Shown here: positions 1-14,001 of the stretch, piece by piece
How positions within the stretch are numbered: position 1 is the stretch's first letter
Layout of the letters: every line of letters starts with the position of its first letter
Origin: Rhizophagus irregularis
Taxonomy: Eukaryota
NCBI RefSeq assembly: GCF_026210795.1
Contig: NC_089432.1
Coordinates: 4,898,001 to 4,962,000, forward strand
Direction of reading: 5' to 3'
Length of the DNA: 64,000 nucleotides
Translations under genes and position numbers: made by a program
Notes under the pieces: generated by a model
What the model was told of the DNA's origin: nothing
The model's input: the letters and a program-made list of their open reading frames with translations, nothing else
Database searches by the model: none

Positions 1-429
1 TTTTTATACAAAATCGTTTTATATGAAATAGGGTCATTATTTTCTAAGCTACCAGAAGCAGTATTAATAGAAGAATTTCCACTCTATTATTATATAAAGT
101 TAGTTTTAATGATATGCAATTAATTAAATTTTAATATTGTTTAAAATAATAATTTACCTGACTTGAACTTCCTTCCATATTTTTTTATTACAAAAAGAAG
201 CAAGAAAAAATTTTATTATACTGACCGAATTAAGTAAAATTATAATTACAATCAAGATCTGCATAAACATAATCTAAACAGTACCATATTTTTTATTACA
301 AGAAAAAAATTCATTACACCGACCAAATTAAGTAAATTATCAAAATATAGTACCATCAAGATCTGCATAAACATAACCTAAACAGTAATGATTATGTATT
401 TGTGTGATTTAAACTAAAACGCACCCCTT

Positions 430-835
430 TTTTGTGTGCCAGGTTCGTGGCGCAGAAAATTTTTAAAAAAAACATCATTAAGGATTTTTTCTTTGACATA
501 AAGTTTTTAAACTTACATTGTAGATGTAATTTCACTTGCTTTGCAAGTATTCGGGAGAAGGTTATGAATGCCGATTTTGACTTTACATATAAATGATTGA
601 TTCTATCGTCTTTGTCGATCATTTCCAAAAATGGATTTCGTGAAAGAAAAACTTTTGTTAAATAAGTCAATAATGATATTTAAAATCACCTTTGTCGCTC
701 CAAGTAAATTTGGAGAGCAGCCAAAATTACAACTATCTAGTAATTTTTGAAGTTATATGTTATCTGTTTTTAAAAAAATTATGATTTTCGTTGCGCCACA
801 ATCTGCTGGCTGTGCCACGAACCTGGCACAAAAAC
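430..835. repeat. Inverted repeat pair (TTTGTGTGCCAGGTTCGTGGC / GCCACGAACCTGGCACAAAAA), DNA-transposon relic
   Basis: ~20-bp arms at ~430-450 and ~813-835, next to a Tc1-like fragment. Confidence 0.5.
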
Positions 836-897
836 TATTTATGATGTCATAGATTAGTAATGTTTATTACACCAAATTTTGGCTTTATTTAAACGCA

Positions 898-1035
898 ACT
901 AACGGATTTTGAGTGTGGAAAAGTTATTGGTTTTTACGAAGCTGGTGACTCTGTACAAAGTCACTACGAACCATTTCAGAAGAAACAGGCTATGGTAAAA
1001 CTACTATACATAATATAATAACAAAATATCATATC
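898..1035 (+). pseudogene. Tc1/mariner transposase N-terminal HTH fragment
   Basis: Manual translation LTDFECGKVIGFYEAGDS...RTISEETGYGKTTIHNIITKYH; interrupted and truncated. Confidence 0.5.
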
Positions 1036-1610
1036 GGCGGATTTTTCGTTGCCCAAAATTGTGTTTGTAATACCAAAAATCACCTGATAGACTATCATTT
1101 GACTAAATAATAAGTTGAATGAAATAACTAATACATGTCACGATACAGAATTACAGATATGGGCAAACAAATAGTCCATGAAAAACAGTTGGTCATTTCA
1201 ATCCATCGGGATATTATCTTACGACATCAAAAAATACATCATCACTTCGGAAAAAGAAAAGATAACCAAAATATTCCACCCATTTTTTACGATTCTAGTT
1301 ACATTACTTTTGTTTTTTGTAATAACATACACACAGAAATAAAGTAATAAAAAATTATTAAGCTCCCATTAGCTATCTTCAGTAAACAAAGAAGATTACT
1401 AGTTCTAATCATAATATATAATTGAATAATTTTATTTATAAAATAATTTATTGATAAGCTATAATATAAAAAATAAAAATAAAAAATAAATTATTTAAAT
1501 TACAAACTAAGAAATATTTAATTTTACTACTCTAGTCCTAGTGTTTAAATAATTTATATAAAAATACTTTGTGTAATAATAATATTACGTAGCAGATAAC
1601 GTTATCATGA

Positions 1611-3907
1611 TTAATTATCTATATCTAAAAATTTATTAAAAAAAGACTTTAGTAGTGATTTTTTAAATTAATTAAAAATTTCAAATTTAAAAATAAAGAA
1701 TCCTTACTATCCGGAAGTTCCAATTCATCTTGTTCTTCCGAATGAAGATTTGGATTATTATGTATTTCATCATCATCTACAAATAAAATAATTATTTAGA
1801 AAGTATTAAATTAATTATTATTATAATTATTATAATCAGTTTAAATAATTATATTAAATACCGTCAATATCATCATGATATTTTTTTATTTGTTGTTGCA
1901 TTGATTCTTGAATAACTAAAAATTAAAATAACGTTATGTTCAATTTTTAAACAATTAAATAGATAATATTAAACATTATACTTACCATTTTTTGAATTCC
2001 TTTTGAATATTTTGGATAATTTTTTACTACCAACTAAAAAGTTTAAAATATAAATATTAATTTGTTTGATTATCTACTAAAGGAAATAATAATTAAATAT
2101 GTTTTATAAATTACCTTTAAAAATGCTAATTATTTTTGAATTATTCTTCTGATTATTCAACTTATCAAAATCATCAACTAATAAATAAAAATAAATCAAA
2201 TAAAGTATCTTATTATATTAACATAAATCTAATAAACTTACTGTAATTGGGAATATGAAAGTTGTATGATTTATTACTGTGAAATGCTAATAAAAGAAAA
2301 TAATTTATTATTTAATTATTTAAAATAAAAAAATATATATAAAATTGTATGTTAATTTATACCTTCTTGTTCTTCTGCATTATTATTTAATTAAAAAGGT
2401 AAGATTTTAATTATTGATATCAACCATATATTAAAAATCAAATAACAAATTTCAATAATACCTTCTGTTGCATTTCTTGGTTCAGGGAGATTTTTAAATT
2501 GATGAACTTTACTCGTAAATAATCTGCTACTATTTGTATAGTTTTCTAAATCACCTATTTCCAAACTATTATCTTCATCCAGTTGGGTTAATAATTCATT
2601 TGATTTATTTTGGTAGTCTAAATTAAGTTCTCTTATTCTTTTCCTAAGTATTCCAATGTCTGGTCTATTCGATGGATTAGCATCCCAACATTGTTCCATT
2701 AAATTTTTATATTCTAAAGGAGTTCCTGATACAATTTTTGGTCTTATACCATTAATAATATACATAGCAAGATCATAATTATGTTCGTAATTAATAAATG
2801 GTGGTTGTCCAGATGAAATTTCCCACATAAGTATGCCAATACTATAAATATCAGATTTAAAAGTAGTTACTTTTCCTGCAATAACTTCTGGTGCAATGTA
2901 AGGAAGATTTCCATATTCACTCTTTAATGGTTTATCTGCAGGTCCACAAAATCCAAGATCACTAATATTAAATTTAGTTCTAAATAGTATATTTCCAGAA
3001 TGCAAATCCCTATGAATTGCATTCTCATTATGGACTCGTGAAAGTGCTAATATTATGTCAGCAGCAATTTGAATTCTTTCTTTCCATGTAAGTTGATTAT
3101 GATTTTGTTGTAAATATTTTCTTAAATCTGTATCCAATTTATTCATTAAAAGCATATAATCTCCATTTAATGGATCTTTTGTTAAACCATAACATTGGAC
3201 AATCGCATCTGACAATTTATTACATATATTTAAATGCGAATTAGCCTATAAAATAAAGTAAGTATTATAAAATATCTTGAATGAAAAATTACTATACCAT
3301 TTTTAGATTACAAACCTCTTCAAACCAACGTTTATTTGCACCTTCAACATTTTCTAGTCTTTTAAGTACCACACTACAATTCTCCAATCTTTTTAATTGT
3401 TGTTAATTAGAATCCCATTCATCATAACCTCCATCAACCCATTCTGTTGTATAAATTTCAGAATATCCACCTTTTGTTAAATATTTAATACTTTTTAAAT
3501 TATTATATGGAATCCATTCAACTATGACATTCGGGTCAAGTGTTTTCATCTGACATTCTTGTATTAAATTATCAATAACATCATTTCCAGATGTCCAAAT
3601 TTGAAAAATTATTTTTTAAATAATTTCGAACACAATATTCACAATATAATGTAGCTAAACATTTTTGGTTACAAATTTCACAAACTCCTCTTATTCCTTC
3701 ATTATAAACAAGTTTGCCTCTATCATAAGTTGCAGTCAAAATTCTTATTGCTTCAGATTTTTCATCTTTTGTAAGTGATTCATCAGCAAGAATTGTTTGT
3801 TTACAAAATTCAGTTTGTTTGTGAAAATCATTGTAAATATTATGATCCGTTAGTGCACGTGCTTTATTAAGTGTAGTATAAATTAAATCTTCTCTAATAA
3901 CAGACAT
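1611..3907 (-). CDS. Multi-exon tyrosine-kinase-like (TKL) protein kinase; +1 frameshift near 3598
   Basis: N-terminal CEIC..CEYC and WTSGN motif, GGYSEIY, VVLKRL, HRDLHSGNIL, DLG, APE, WEISSG; several short GT-AG exons down to ~1611; an extra T in FSN-W breaks the frame. Confidence 0.85.
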
Positions 3908-6845
3908 GATGAAATATTTTATTGCAAATTTTTTTAAATTTAAATTTAAAAAAAAAAAAATTTCGGAACGGTCTACTTATAAAGTCAACCATGTGTAACA
4001 ATGACTGCGTCTGTACTCCTGTGCTCAAACCTAATTAGTCTAGTCAAATGATTTTGCGATTTTCATTGCTAAGGAAAATTTTTTTCCGATGCATCAAAAA
4101 ATTTAATTTTGACAAAAAGTACGATAATTTTTTATTTAAACTTTGATTTTTTGATTTTAAATTTTTAAATTAATTAATCCAACTTTACCATTTATTTAAA
4201 GGATTTCAAAAGAAAAAAAAAATAATTATTTGTCTGAAGACGCAGGATCATTTAACAAATAACGATGATCGTAAATACTGTAACTATTTTAAAGTATATA
4301 TTAGACAAATTTAATTATAAAATTTGGGATTGATAGAAGAATAAAATAACATTATATATCAGATATGTTAAAATTGTAATATAAAAAATATTCATAATAT
4401 TTCTTTTTTAAGGATGACTAATGACTATCTAAATAATCAAAAGTCGAATGTTTAACTTTCATAAAAAGTTTAACTTATATACGACATGTGTGTCACGACT
4501 GTCACGTCCGCTTTATATACGTTTATATTATTAATTTTATTGGTCAATTAATAAGATATACTCATTTTAATGCCTATAAGAATTTAAGCATTAAAAATAA
4601 TTCTTATTATTCTTAATATTTAAAAAATTTTTTTTTTTGAAGTTTGCTATAAGAAAACTCAATTTTAACGTTATAAATTTATTAGTACAATAATTATTAT
4701 TTACTATTTCTGTTTATTCAATTTATTTTTTTATTTTGCTAATTTTTTCCATTAATTTTTTTATATTATTTTTTTCTTACGTTTTTCTTTATTAGAATGT
4801 GTAAAACAATCGCTAACACTATAAAAGTTATAATCATAATACAAATTGCGATTATCAAAAATTTTTAATCTTAAAAAATTACTTCTTATAATTCGTCATT
4901 TGACTCCTTTTTTCGCAATAAACTGACCGTTTAACATGATGTAGATCGTCCATTCACATAGTTCACTACATAAATATATTTTCTCTTTCATTATATTATG
5001 AGTTTATCAATACTTGAAAAATTTTTTTTTAACAAATTTGCAAATTTTGCCACAAAAAAAAGCTAATATCTATATAATAATTATTTAACTTAAAAAGGTC
5101 TTGTTTAAAATGTTTGTGATATAGAAAATTGATTTTCCTTTTTTATTCTCATTGATCTTTCATTGAATCAACGAATAATCAATATATATTAATAAGCACG
5201 CTAATTAAAACTAAACAAACATGAAACTCCTTTCTTACAAATTTGACATATTCATAATGTTAGTCCGATCCACCTTACACAATAAGGTCTTGAAGGATGA
5301 ACCAGTTGGAATAATGATATTGATGAATTTATTGAGAATACAATTTATAATGATGGGTATATTTACTATTATTTGTTGAAAATAAAAGGATTTATTACTA
5401 CAACTTAGTGACTTAAGTTTTTATAAATTAAAATGGTTTGAAATATTTATTTTAATGATAGTATTGCTTATTTAAAATTTTATTGAATAACTAATTAAAG
5501 AATTTTATGATGATTAATTATGCAATAGACGAACCGAGGTAATTTGGAATGTGTCCTTGCAAGTAATTTTTATAATTTTTCTTTTTGGTTGCAAATCTTA
5601 TATAATATGGCACGGGATTGCCATAACCATGATATCGACAGTCTACGTTCTCGACACAAAAATCTCGATAAGCCCAAATTCTGGTTGAAACAAAATCCTG
5701 ATAGTCACAAATACTGACAGTTAAATTTCTTGATAGTCAAAACCCAAAGTTTTTTTTTAAAAAAAAAATTATATAAATTTTATAAATTTCCAATTAAACA
5801 CTTAATTTTAAAAATGCAGCGGCGCAGTAACGTACAGTATCTTAATTTATCCAATATAATTTTGAATTATTTGATTAGTATTAATTAATATTAATACAAA
5901 TTTACTAACATTACTATCCCTATAAAAAAATTGGATACGTTTTTTATAAAGTTTTTATACGATTTTTTTTCCTTAGAAATAACGTATCATAATAGGATAC
6001 GGAAAAATGCACAATTCCGTATCACTAAAAATATGGTTTGGATACGGAATTTGCACGGAATTCATATGGAATTTACATGATTTGATCACTGATTTTATCA
6101 CGAAATTTATACGATTTGGTCACTGAATTTACTATTTGTATTACAGTTTACTATAATTATATTTACATAAATCTAATTTTACTTTATTAAATTAAATAAA
6201 AAATAAAAAATAAACAAAATACAAATACATTATGAAAATTCCACCTATTGCAACCAAAATTATCTATAAGTTCAGGTTCATTTGGAGTCAAACAACCTAA
6301 AAAAAACAAAAAAGAACGTCTAACTTAATTGGAAACAAAACCCCCCTTCATATAGTATCTGCAATCGTCCAAGTCACCAAAGGTCAGCATTCCTACAAAA
6401 AAAGAAAGAGAACTCCAGAATGTCTGACCTACATAAATAAAAAGAATTATGAAGCATCTGATGAAAAAGAAACCAAAACAACAAAATAAATCCAAAACTG
6501 ACCTACAAAAAAAGAAGACTCTGAAGCAACAAAACTGAAACAACCTACAAAAAGAAAAGAATCTGAACCCAACTTACAAAAAAAAAAAAAAGAAAATTTG
6601 AACTGACCTAAAAAAGAAAAAAAAATCCCGAACAATCCTACAAAAAGGAACTCCCAAACTGATCTACAAAAAAACTGAATCTTCTCACAAAAAAAAATCT
6701 GCTGGCCTATGAAATAAAAAAAAGGGATAAATATAAATAAAAAAGAAAGGGGAATAAAGAATAAATCAAAAAAAAATATTTTTTTAAAAAGAGAGTAACG
6801 AAGTTAGGAGAGTTAAAAAAAATTTTTTTTTTAAAGGGAGGACGT

Positions 6846-8367
6846 TGTAGCCATAGATACTGAAGTAATCGCATAATATGGAGGAATAATATGGAATAAA
6901 AGATCAAACGATAGAAAGTCACATGATTGGACAAAATTAACCGGAAAGGATAAACTTTTAGGAGAAGGAATGATCTACATGATGTAATGTTTATTAAATG
7001 ATTAACGGAGAACCAATAGATCAAGTGGGGAGTTGATCGATGTGGCTTAGTAACCAGTTTATCAAGTTCAACAATAGGAACAATTAGGAGGAGTAATCAT
7101 AAGCCACAAATGATAAATCATATAAAAAGGAAGGATAGCGAATTAAAGGAACAAAAAATAGGAACATGTAAAATATTGATGAACTGCAGCCGCAGTAGAA
7201 GAATAGCTGACGAGACGCAGTAGAAAGGATAGCACAGCCACAAAAGATGGATCTTTACGATATAATATTTGAAAGATTATTTTATTTTAAAGAAAAGATA
7301 GCACAGCCACAAAAGATGGATCTTTACGATATAATATTTGAAAGATTATTTTATTTTAAAGAAAAGATAGCACAGCCACAAAAGATGGATCTTTACGATA
7401 TAATATTTGAAAGATTATTTTATTTTAAAGAAAAGATAGCACAGCCACAAAAGATGGATCTTTACGATATAATATTTGAAAGATTATTTTATTTTAAAGA
7501 AAAGATAGCACAGCCACAAAAGATGGATCTTTACAATATAATATTTGAAAGATTATTTTATTTTAAAGAAAAGATAGCACAGCCACAAAAGATGGATCTT
7601 TACGATATAATATTTGAAAGATTATTTTATTTTAAAGAAAAGATAGCACAGCCACAAAAGATGGATTATATCTTTACGACATAATATGCGAAAGATTATT
7701 TTAAAGAAAAGATAGCATATTAAAATAGTATAACATATTAGAAAAGATAACATATAAAATAGCATATAAGATAGCGCATAAAAGGGAAAACATAACATAA
7801 AATATTAGAAAGAAATAAGAAGTAAGAAAAGAAAGAATAAGAAAGTTGGTTTAAATAGGAGCGGAATGGGAGGTGAATTCCACAGTCGTCAGATACGATG
7901 TAAAACTTTAAGTAAATTAGTTAATTGTGAATTTTATGAAGAATAAATAAAATACCCTTTATATGAAAATTAATTGTTTCGATTGTTTTTGTTGCTATTT
8001 TCTTATGATGAAAAAGTAATTTTGTTTAATTAATTGTTAGTAAAGCGTAATGTTATTTTAAAGGTAATAGGTTCGCCCTAAACTTTACTGTAATGTTCGC
8101 TTAATTAATTTTAATTGGACAAATTCATGGTGAATTTAATGTCATAACGAGAATTATGAAATGAATAAAATATAAACTTTTGTAAAGAGAACTATCGTAT
8201 TTTTGAAAGAAGATAATGGATGAAATATCGTGGCGAGAGCTATCGCAATTTGAAAGTTAAGTAGTAATAAAACTAAACCAAGCAAGAATATTAATGTATT
8301 CGTGGAGAACGAATATACATTAAAGCAGGGAAGCTTGTTTACCGCTGGGTGGCAGACGGGGGTGACA
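6846..8367 (+). repeat. 5' LTR (1522 bp)
   Basis: TGTAGCC...GGTGACA, matches 18636-19950. Confidence 0.97.
7228..7720 (+). repeat. 69-bp tandem array inside the 5' LTR (6 full units plus 1 divergent)
   Basis: Unit GATAGCACAGCCACAAAAGATGGATCTTTACG...; seen as 23-aa periodicity in the ORF track. Confidence 0.95.
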
Positions 8368-8370
8368 ATT

Positions 8371-8388
8371 TGGTGCATGCTCTGAGAA
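8371..8388 (+). promoter_or_regulatory. Primer-binding site TGGTGCATGCTCTGAGAA
   Basis: Begins TGG 3 nt after the LTR; complementary to a tRNA 3' end ...GCATGCA-CCA (possibly Gly, not verified). Confidence 0.7.
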
Positions 8389-8937
8389 AGGAAATGTTGA
8401 CTTTGCGTTGACATTTTGACTATCTTCTTATAGTCAAGTACCTATGCGGTATTAAGAAGGAAACGGTTAACAACTAAGTGAATTGATCACTCGCAAAGGG
8501 AAGGATCGTTCCGATCATGGTACCGACGTGGTATTCCGAAGAATCTGAACTCAGAAAAAGAGGTGTTAGAATTAAAATATAATATTGGGGAAAAAGGTTG
8601 TAAGTACCTGAAAAACTTTAAAATGGGAACGGGCAAAATAGCGATATTGTACACCTACCTTAGGAATTATAAAAAGAAGGATGCGGTGATATGATGGAAT
8701 ATAATGAACTCGTTTCAAAATAATAGATTTATTACAGGAAAATCCAGAAAGTATTGTAGTAAGTCACAAAAGTTGTCGTCTTTGAGGTTTTCGCGCTAAT
8801 AATTGTAAAACCGAGAAATTAAGGAAGCCCTCGTAAGATGTGGTATTCTGGGAGGGGCACCATTGTATTTTGCAGATGCCAGAAGTTCCTGGGGATACAA
8901 TGTTGTAACGAAAAGTTGACGAGTAAGCTATAAACTC

Positions 8938-9020
8938 AAGGGTTACGTGGGAACCTGTTACCAAAACACAAGGGTTGCGTGGGAACCTATTTAAAACACA
9001 AGGGTTACGTGGGAACCTAT
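8938..9020 (+). repeat. Three copies of AAGGGTTACGTGGGAACCT in the retrotransposon leader
   Basis: Direct repeats with ~31-bp period. Confidence 0.85.
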
Positions 9021-9357
9021 TACAAAAACACCGGCTGTGAATATAACTTCTTCAGATGGGAATTGAAATAATTGGACTCAGACGTGAGTGAAACATCTCC
9101 CTACTGAAAGCATTTTGAAAATGCGTAATTGAATTCACAAGGCAAAAAGAGAAACCATCGTGAGTATAACTTCTTCAGATAAAACTGAAAGCATTGAGGG
9201 AAATGCGCAACTGAACTCATGAAAAGAAGATAAGTATTATGGGATAAGATGAATAGCAAACCTCGAAACTACTATACTTCATTGTGAAGGTAAAGGCAAG
9301 CCGAGTATAGGTTATTGAATTGTAAAAGATAATAAATAAGAAGAAACACCGTTAAAT

Positions 9358-9452
9358 AAGTATAAATGCGTGTGTCGCATAGGTATAAATGCATGTGTCG
9401 CATAAGTATAAATGCGTGTGTCGCATAAGTGTAGATGCGTGTGTCGCATAAA
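9358..9452 (+). repeat. Four ~22-bp tandem repeats (AGTATAAATGCGTGTGTCGCAT) in the leader
   Basis: Read directly. Confidence 0.85.
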
Positions 9453-10096
9453 GTATAATATGTTGTGTGTCGACATAATGGTTATGATAAGAGTTAGTAC
9501 AAGATTAAACAAAGAAGATATTTTGCGTAATATTAAATATATGGATGTAAAGATTACATATATAATGAAAAAGAACTAAAAAAATTCACGAACTTTAGAA
9601 GTTATGGGAATTTTGAAGTTCGTGAAATGCGAAAATTATAAATTTCGATGATAAAAGAAAATTTTGAGGCGCAGTAAAAACTTAGAAAATTTTTGAAATT
9701 TTTAGAATGCGCAGTAAAAACCTCCGCAGTCTGAGGAGATTGTGGACTTAGAATAATTTTTGAATTAATGGCGCAGTAAAATATATACATGAAATTATGA
9801 AAGATAAGAATAGCAGAAGAAACTTGTGAAGATCAAAAAAAAGAGGATTTAAAGATTGAAAGATTAATATAAGAATATTATGAATAAGTAAAAGATTTAG
9901 AAAAAAAAAATAAGTTGTTAAATGAATATTCATAATGAAAGAAAGATTATACATTCAATATAGGTAATAGGAAAGGACAATATAGTAAAGGATGGTTAGA
10001 AGATCAAAATAGAAGTGATAAAAATGATATATAAGAGAGTGGAATTTCAATTTGAATTCTGGATGAATATTTATAATAATTTAATTGGAGTATACG

Positions 10097-12373
10097 ATGG
10101 AATGGTATCATCAATGGGAAAGTGAATATAGGACACATAAAGAAGAACATGAGTTAAGAACGGGAGAATTAGATGAATGTTTAAATTGTGAATTATGTCA
10201 TCCGATAGAAAATGAACCAATGGTATTCAAGAAATTTTGAGATGCATTATTTAAGTTCGAAGATACAATAATAATATATAATGATGTAACGATCAAGGGA
10301 GTAATAGATTTATTAAGTATGGATAATTCAGAAAGAGAAGATACAATACACAAGGGAAAATGTAGAGACATAATGGATAGAATAACGGAATCAATAAGAT
10401 ATAGGATACAACCAAAAATGAAAGAAAAAGGATTACGAACAATTATATTAGTAATTGTAAGAGATTGTATTGAAGGAGATTTAGAGAATGAAGTATTTGA
10501 TAGATTAATTGGAAATCCTGAATTAATAGAACACAAATATATTTTGGAAGATTGGGATGTTGAAAGAAGGTTTGAAAAATTTTGGCAATGGTACAAGATC
10601 ACATCGAAAGAAGTTGAACCATTACGAGTAAAGATGGGGGCAATAAAGACATTCAGGGAATTACTTTATGAAGAAGAAGGAATAGCTACGAATGAGGAGA
10701 AAGTAAAAGAATTAATGTCCAATATGGAATATGGGAATATAGACATAGAAAATGTTCACGAATATCACAGGAATATGGTACAAAAGATAATAAGAATATT
10801 TATAGATACTAGGGGCTTTACAAAAGAACCAGAAGATTCAGAAAGTGAAGATAGCTTAGAAAGTTATGAAATGAAAAAGAATTTTAACGTGAGTTTATAT
10901 CTTAGATTTGAAAGATTCAGGTACTGGTGGAATGACAAATATGAAGGTAAACGAATACATACATATCATGAAAATGATTCACCAGAATGGTTCGAGAAGA
11001 TGTTATCTGAGAGAGAGAATTTGCAAGAAGATACTGTAAGAAAACTGACAGATAGCATGACATTTAAAGATAGTGAAGATATAGACGCAGGAGATCCTAT
11101 TATATTGGGAATAGATGATGGAGTAATAGAATGGATTGTAACAGATTTAAAAGAAGCGATGGAAAGAACACAAAAATTCAAGTTAGTGGAGATAGAGCAA
11201 GAAGAAGGTAATGAAATATATGATTCCGAAGAGGAAATAGAAATAATAGTGGAAGATGAAACGTGGAAGTTAAGTGAAATAAGGACAGGATTAAGACAAC
11301 TGATAGTAAACCCAAAAGAAAAGCTCATCAGAGAAATAATGAAATTTGGAATAAAAGAAAAGATAGAAACGGGAGTACTGTTGACATATGATTTTATAAG
11401 ATATTATATTTTTCAGGAGGGGAAATTTGATAAGTCTGAAGACATAAAGGAATGGATAGATTTGAGTACAAAAATATGTGGTAGATGCAATAAACAGAAA
11501 TTAGATTATGTGATATCGGAAGAAGACGGCAGATGTGAAGAATGTAATCGGGAAATACGGGAAGATGAACAAGATGAATTAATAGAACTAAAAAACAACT
11601 TAGAAAAATTAGGATACGAAATGGATATATCGGAAATTCAAAGAATAAAGAATTTTGGAGTTAATAATCGAATAATGGTAACAGAAGAATTCATAGAAAG
11701 GTATATGGGAATAATAGAATTAGAAGATAGAGAGTTAAGAAAAGAGATTCATAAGTGGTTAAATGAGAATACAACTTGGTGCGAAAGATGCGAAATAAGA
11801 TGGATGAATGATATGTTTAGATTAGAAGGAACTATATGCAAAGTTTGTGAGGAAGAAGATATTGATGAAATTGATGATCGGGTAAAAAGATTGCAAAAGA
11901 TTTTTGAAGATATTGGAACAATGATAACTGAAGAAGAATTGTTAAGATTAACTAGTATGGGATATACAGATGGAGAAATTTTAGATAAAGAATTCATTGA
12001 AATCTTTCAAGAAAATAAGAATGAGTCGGAAAAAGAATTGAAGAAAAAGTTAGATAAGTTGTTGAAAGAACAAGCAGGAATAATAGATAGTGAAGAAAGT
12101 GGTGAAAAGAGTGATAATGAAGAATCAGAAGAAGATAATACAGATGATTTAGAAAAGACTGGAGAAATATTAAGTCCGGATGAAATATGGGACGGAAGTG
12201 ATGAAGATTTTGAAGAAGAAGAATCTGAAAATGAAATCGAAAATGTTATAAATACAGGAGGTTTTGGTCTGAATCAAAATTCAGATTCGAATAGTTCATT
12301 AAATTTTAAAATTCTGACACAGAAAGTGAAATATCTGATTACAATTTACAAGAATTATTTCAAGAGAATATAG
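10097..12373 (+). CDS. Extra ORF upstream of gag: acidic protein with repeated helical units and CxxC..CxxC motifs; in-frame TGA at 10238
   Basis: ORF 10319-12373 continues upstream in frame past one TGA to ATG 10097 (MEWYHQW...CLNCELCH..FKKF*DAL); motifs CGRC..CEEC and CERC..CKVC. Confidence 0.8.
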
Positions 12374-12378
12374 TAAAT

Positions 12379-14001
12379 ATGGCAAATGAAGCACAAATAA
12401 GAAGAATAATGGAGAATGCTATGGGATTGGCACCAAATGCATTAGATAATGCGTTAGGAGCAGGACAGACTTTGGCGGATAGGATTCAGACCGCAGGAAT
12501 GGGGGGAATAGTAGGTATGCCAACTTTTAGTGGAAAAGAGGATGAAGATATTAATGATTGGATTAGACAATTTGAGATAGCATTTACAGTAAGCGGACGA
12601 CCAGAAGGAAATGTTGGAGGAGGTGTATGTAGACAAAATAAGGCAAATATAGCCATAACTTGTTTGAGAGGAATCGCATTACAATGGTATAATGAAGAAA
12701 AAGAAAAGGTAGCAGCTAATTTAGTGAATTGGTGTGATCATAATGAGGACAGAAATTTGAAAAGAAGATTAATCGACAGATTTACTAGGAATGATGTTCA
12801 AAGAAGAAAAATGTTAGAATTAACAAGAATTAAACAGGGAACAAATGAAAGTGTTGAAGAATATACTAGAAGATTTAGGTCAATATTAAGAGTTGCAACT
12901 AGAGGTCATGCGTTAGATGATTTATATCAAGTGAATTATTTTATTCAAGGGTTAGATGCCATGCTAGGTTATCATGTTAGGAGAAGTAATCCGACGAATC
13001 TGAATGATGCAGTTAACGAAGCAAAAAGAGAAGAGGAAGCGAAAGATGAGTTGTTAATGAAAACAATGGGGTTAGATATGAAACGAGTAGGACAAGAGAA
13101 AAACATGGAAGAAATTTTGAAAGAAGAGACAAATAAATATAAAGGAATGAATCCAATTGCGAAAGAATTACAAAATAAAGAAGTTAAAAGTGATGAATGG
13201 GATGAGTTAATTAATGGAATGAAAAGGTTGGAAGCACATGTAATGCAAAGAAATGAGGCATATGTAATGCAAAGGAATGGGAATGATAGGAGACCGATCG
13301 GAAATAATAATGTCCAAAGAAATAATATGAACTGGGATAGAATGACTTGTTATACATGTGGAAGAAAAGGACATACTTCTAGAGTTTGTAGGGAAGGTCA
13401 AAGAAGATCATATGGAGGAAATAATAAAGGGTCATATAGCCAAAATAATCAAGTTAATTACCTTGATGAAGAATATTATGGTGAAGGATATAATGTGTAT
13501 AATATGGAATATAATGATGAATATGATGGATATAATGAGGGTGATGGATATGATAACTATAATAATGGATTTGATGGATACGAAGTGAATAACTATGAAG
13601 ATGAGGAAAGATACGATATGTTCCCAGTACCACCTAGAAAGAGTGAAAGAAATAAAGACAAGGTTATGAATGATGAAAGAGATAGAAGAAGAAATGCACA
13701 ATGGCAAGGACAACAGCAAAAAGCACAGGGGAATAATAAGAGGGGTTTTACAAAAGAACAATTACAGAAAGGATATGAAACTAGAAAGAATAATAATAGG
13801 TGTCACAATTGTGGACAACAAGGACATTTTGCTAGAGAATGTACAAACGAGAAAGTGAAGTTAAATCGAAATATATCAAATGTTGGAGATTTTGATCCAT
13901 TTGAGCAATTTGTAAATTCAAGCGTACCAATTAATTGGGGACAAATGATGAATGAAAGACCAGAAGTAAGGAAGAAATTATTAAATGGTTTGAGATATTG
14001 A
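12379..14001 (+). CDS. gag: Gag (retrotransposon capsid domain plus two CCHC zinc knuckles)
   Basis: PTFSGKEDEDINDW, LRGIALQWY, IKQGTNESVEEYTRRF; CYTCGRKGHTSRVC and CHNCGQQGHFAREC. Confidence 0.95.
   Translation: MANEAQIRRIMENAMGLAPNALDNALGAGQTLADRIQTAGMGGIVGMPTFSGKEDEDINDWIRQFEIAFTVSGRPEGNVGGGVCRQNKANIAITCLRGIALQWYNEEKEKVAANLVNWCDHNEDRNLKRRLIDRFTRNDVQRRKMLELTRIKQGTNESVEEYTRRFRSILRVATRGHALDDLYQVNYFIQGLDAMLGYHVRRSNPTNLNDAVNEAKREEEAKDELLMKTMGLDMKRVGQEKNMEEILKEETNKYKGMNPIAKELQNKEVKSDEWDELINGMKRLEAHVMQRNEAYVMQRNGNDRRPIGNNNVQRNNMNWDRMTCYTCGRKGHTSRVCREGQRRSYGGNNKGSYSQNNQVNYLDEEYYGEGYNVYNMEYNDEYDGYNEGDGYDNYNNGFDGYEVNNYEDEERYDMFPVPPRKSERNKDKVMNDERDRRRNAQWQGQQQKAQGNNKRGFTKEQLQKGYETRKNNNRCHNCGQQGHFARECTNEKVKLNRNISNVGDFDPFEQFVNSSVPINWGQMMNERPEVRKKLLNGLRY

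Noticed and set aside
5290..5352. Kinase N-terminal relic (WTSGNNDIDEFI-like)
   Set aside because: Very short and frameshifted; not enough for a feature
7247..7684. 145-aa repeat protein ORF (and 19037-19267)
   Set aside because: By-product of a 69-bp (3n) tandem repeat inside the LTR; no independent coding evidence
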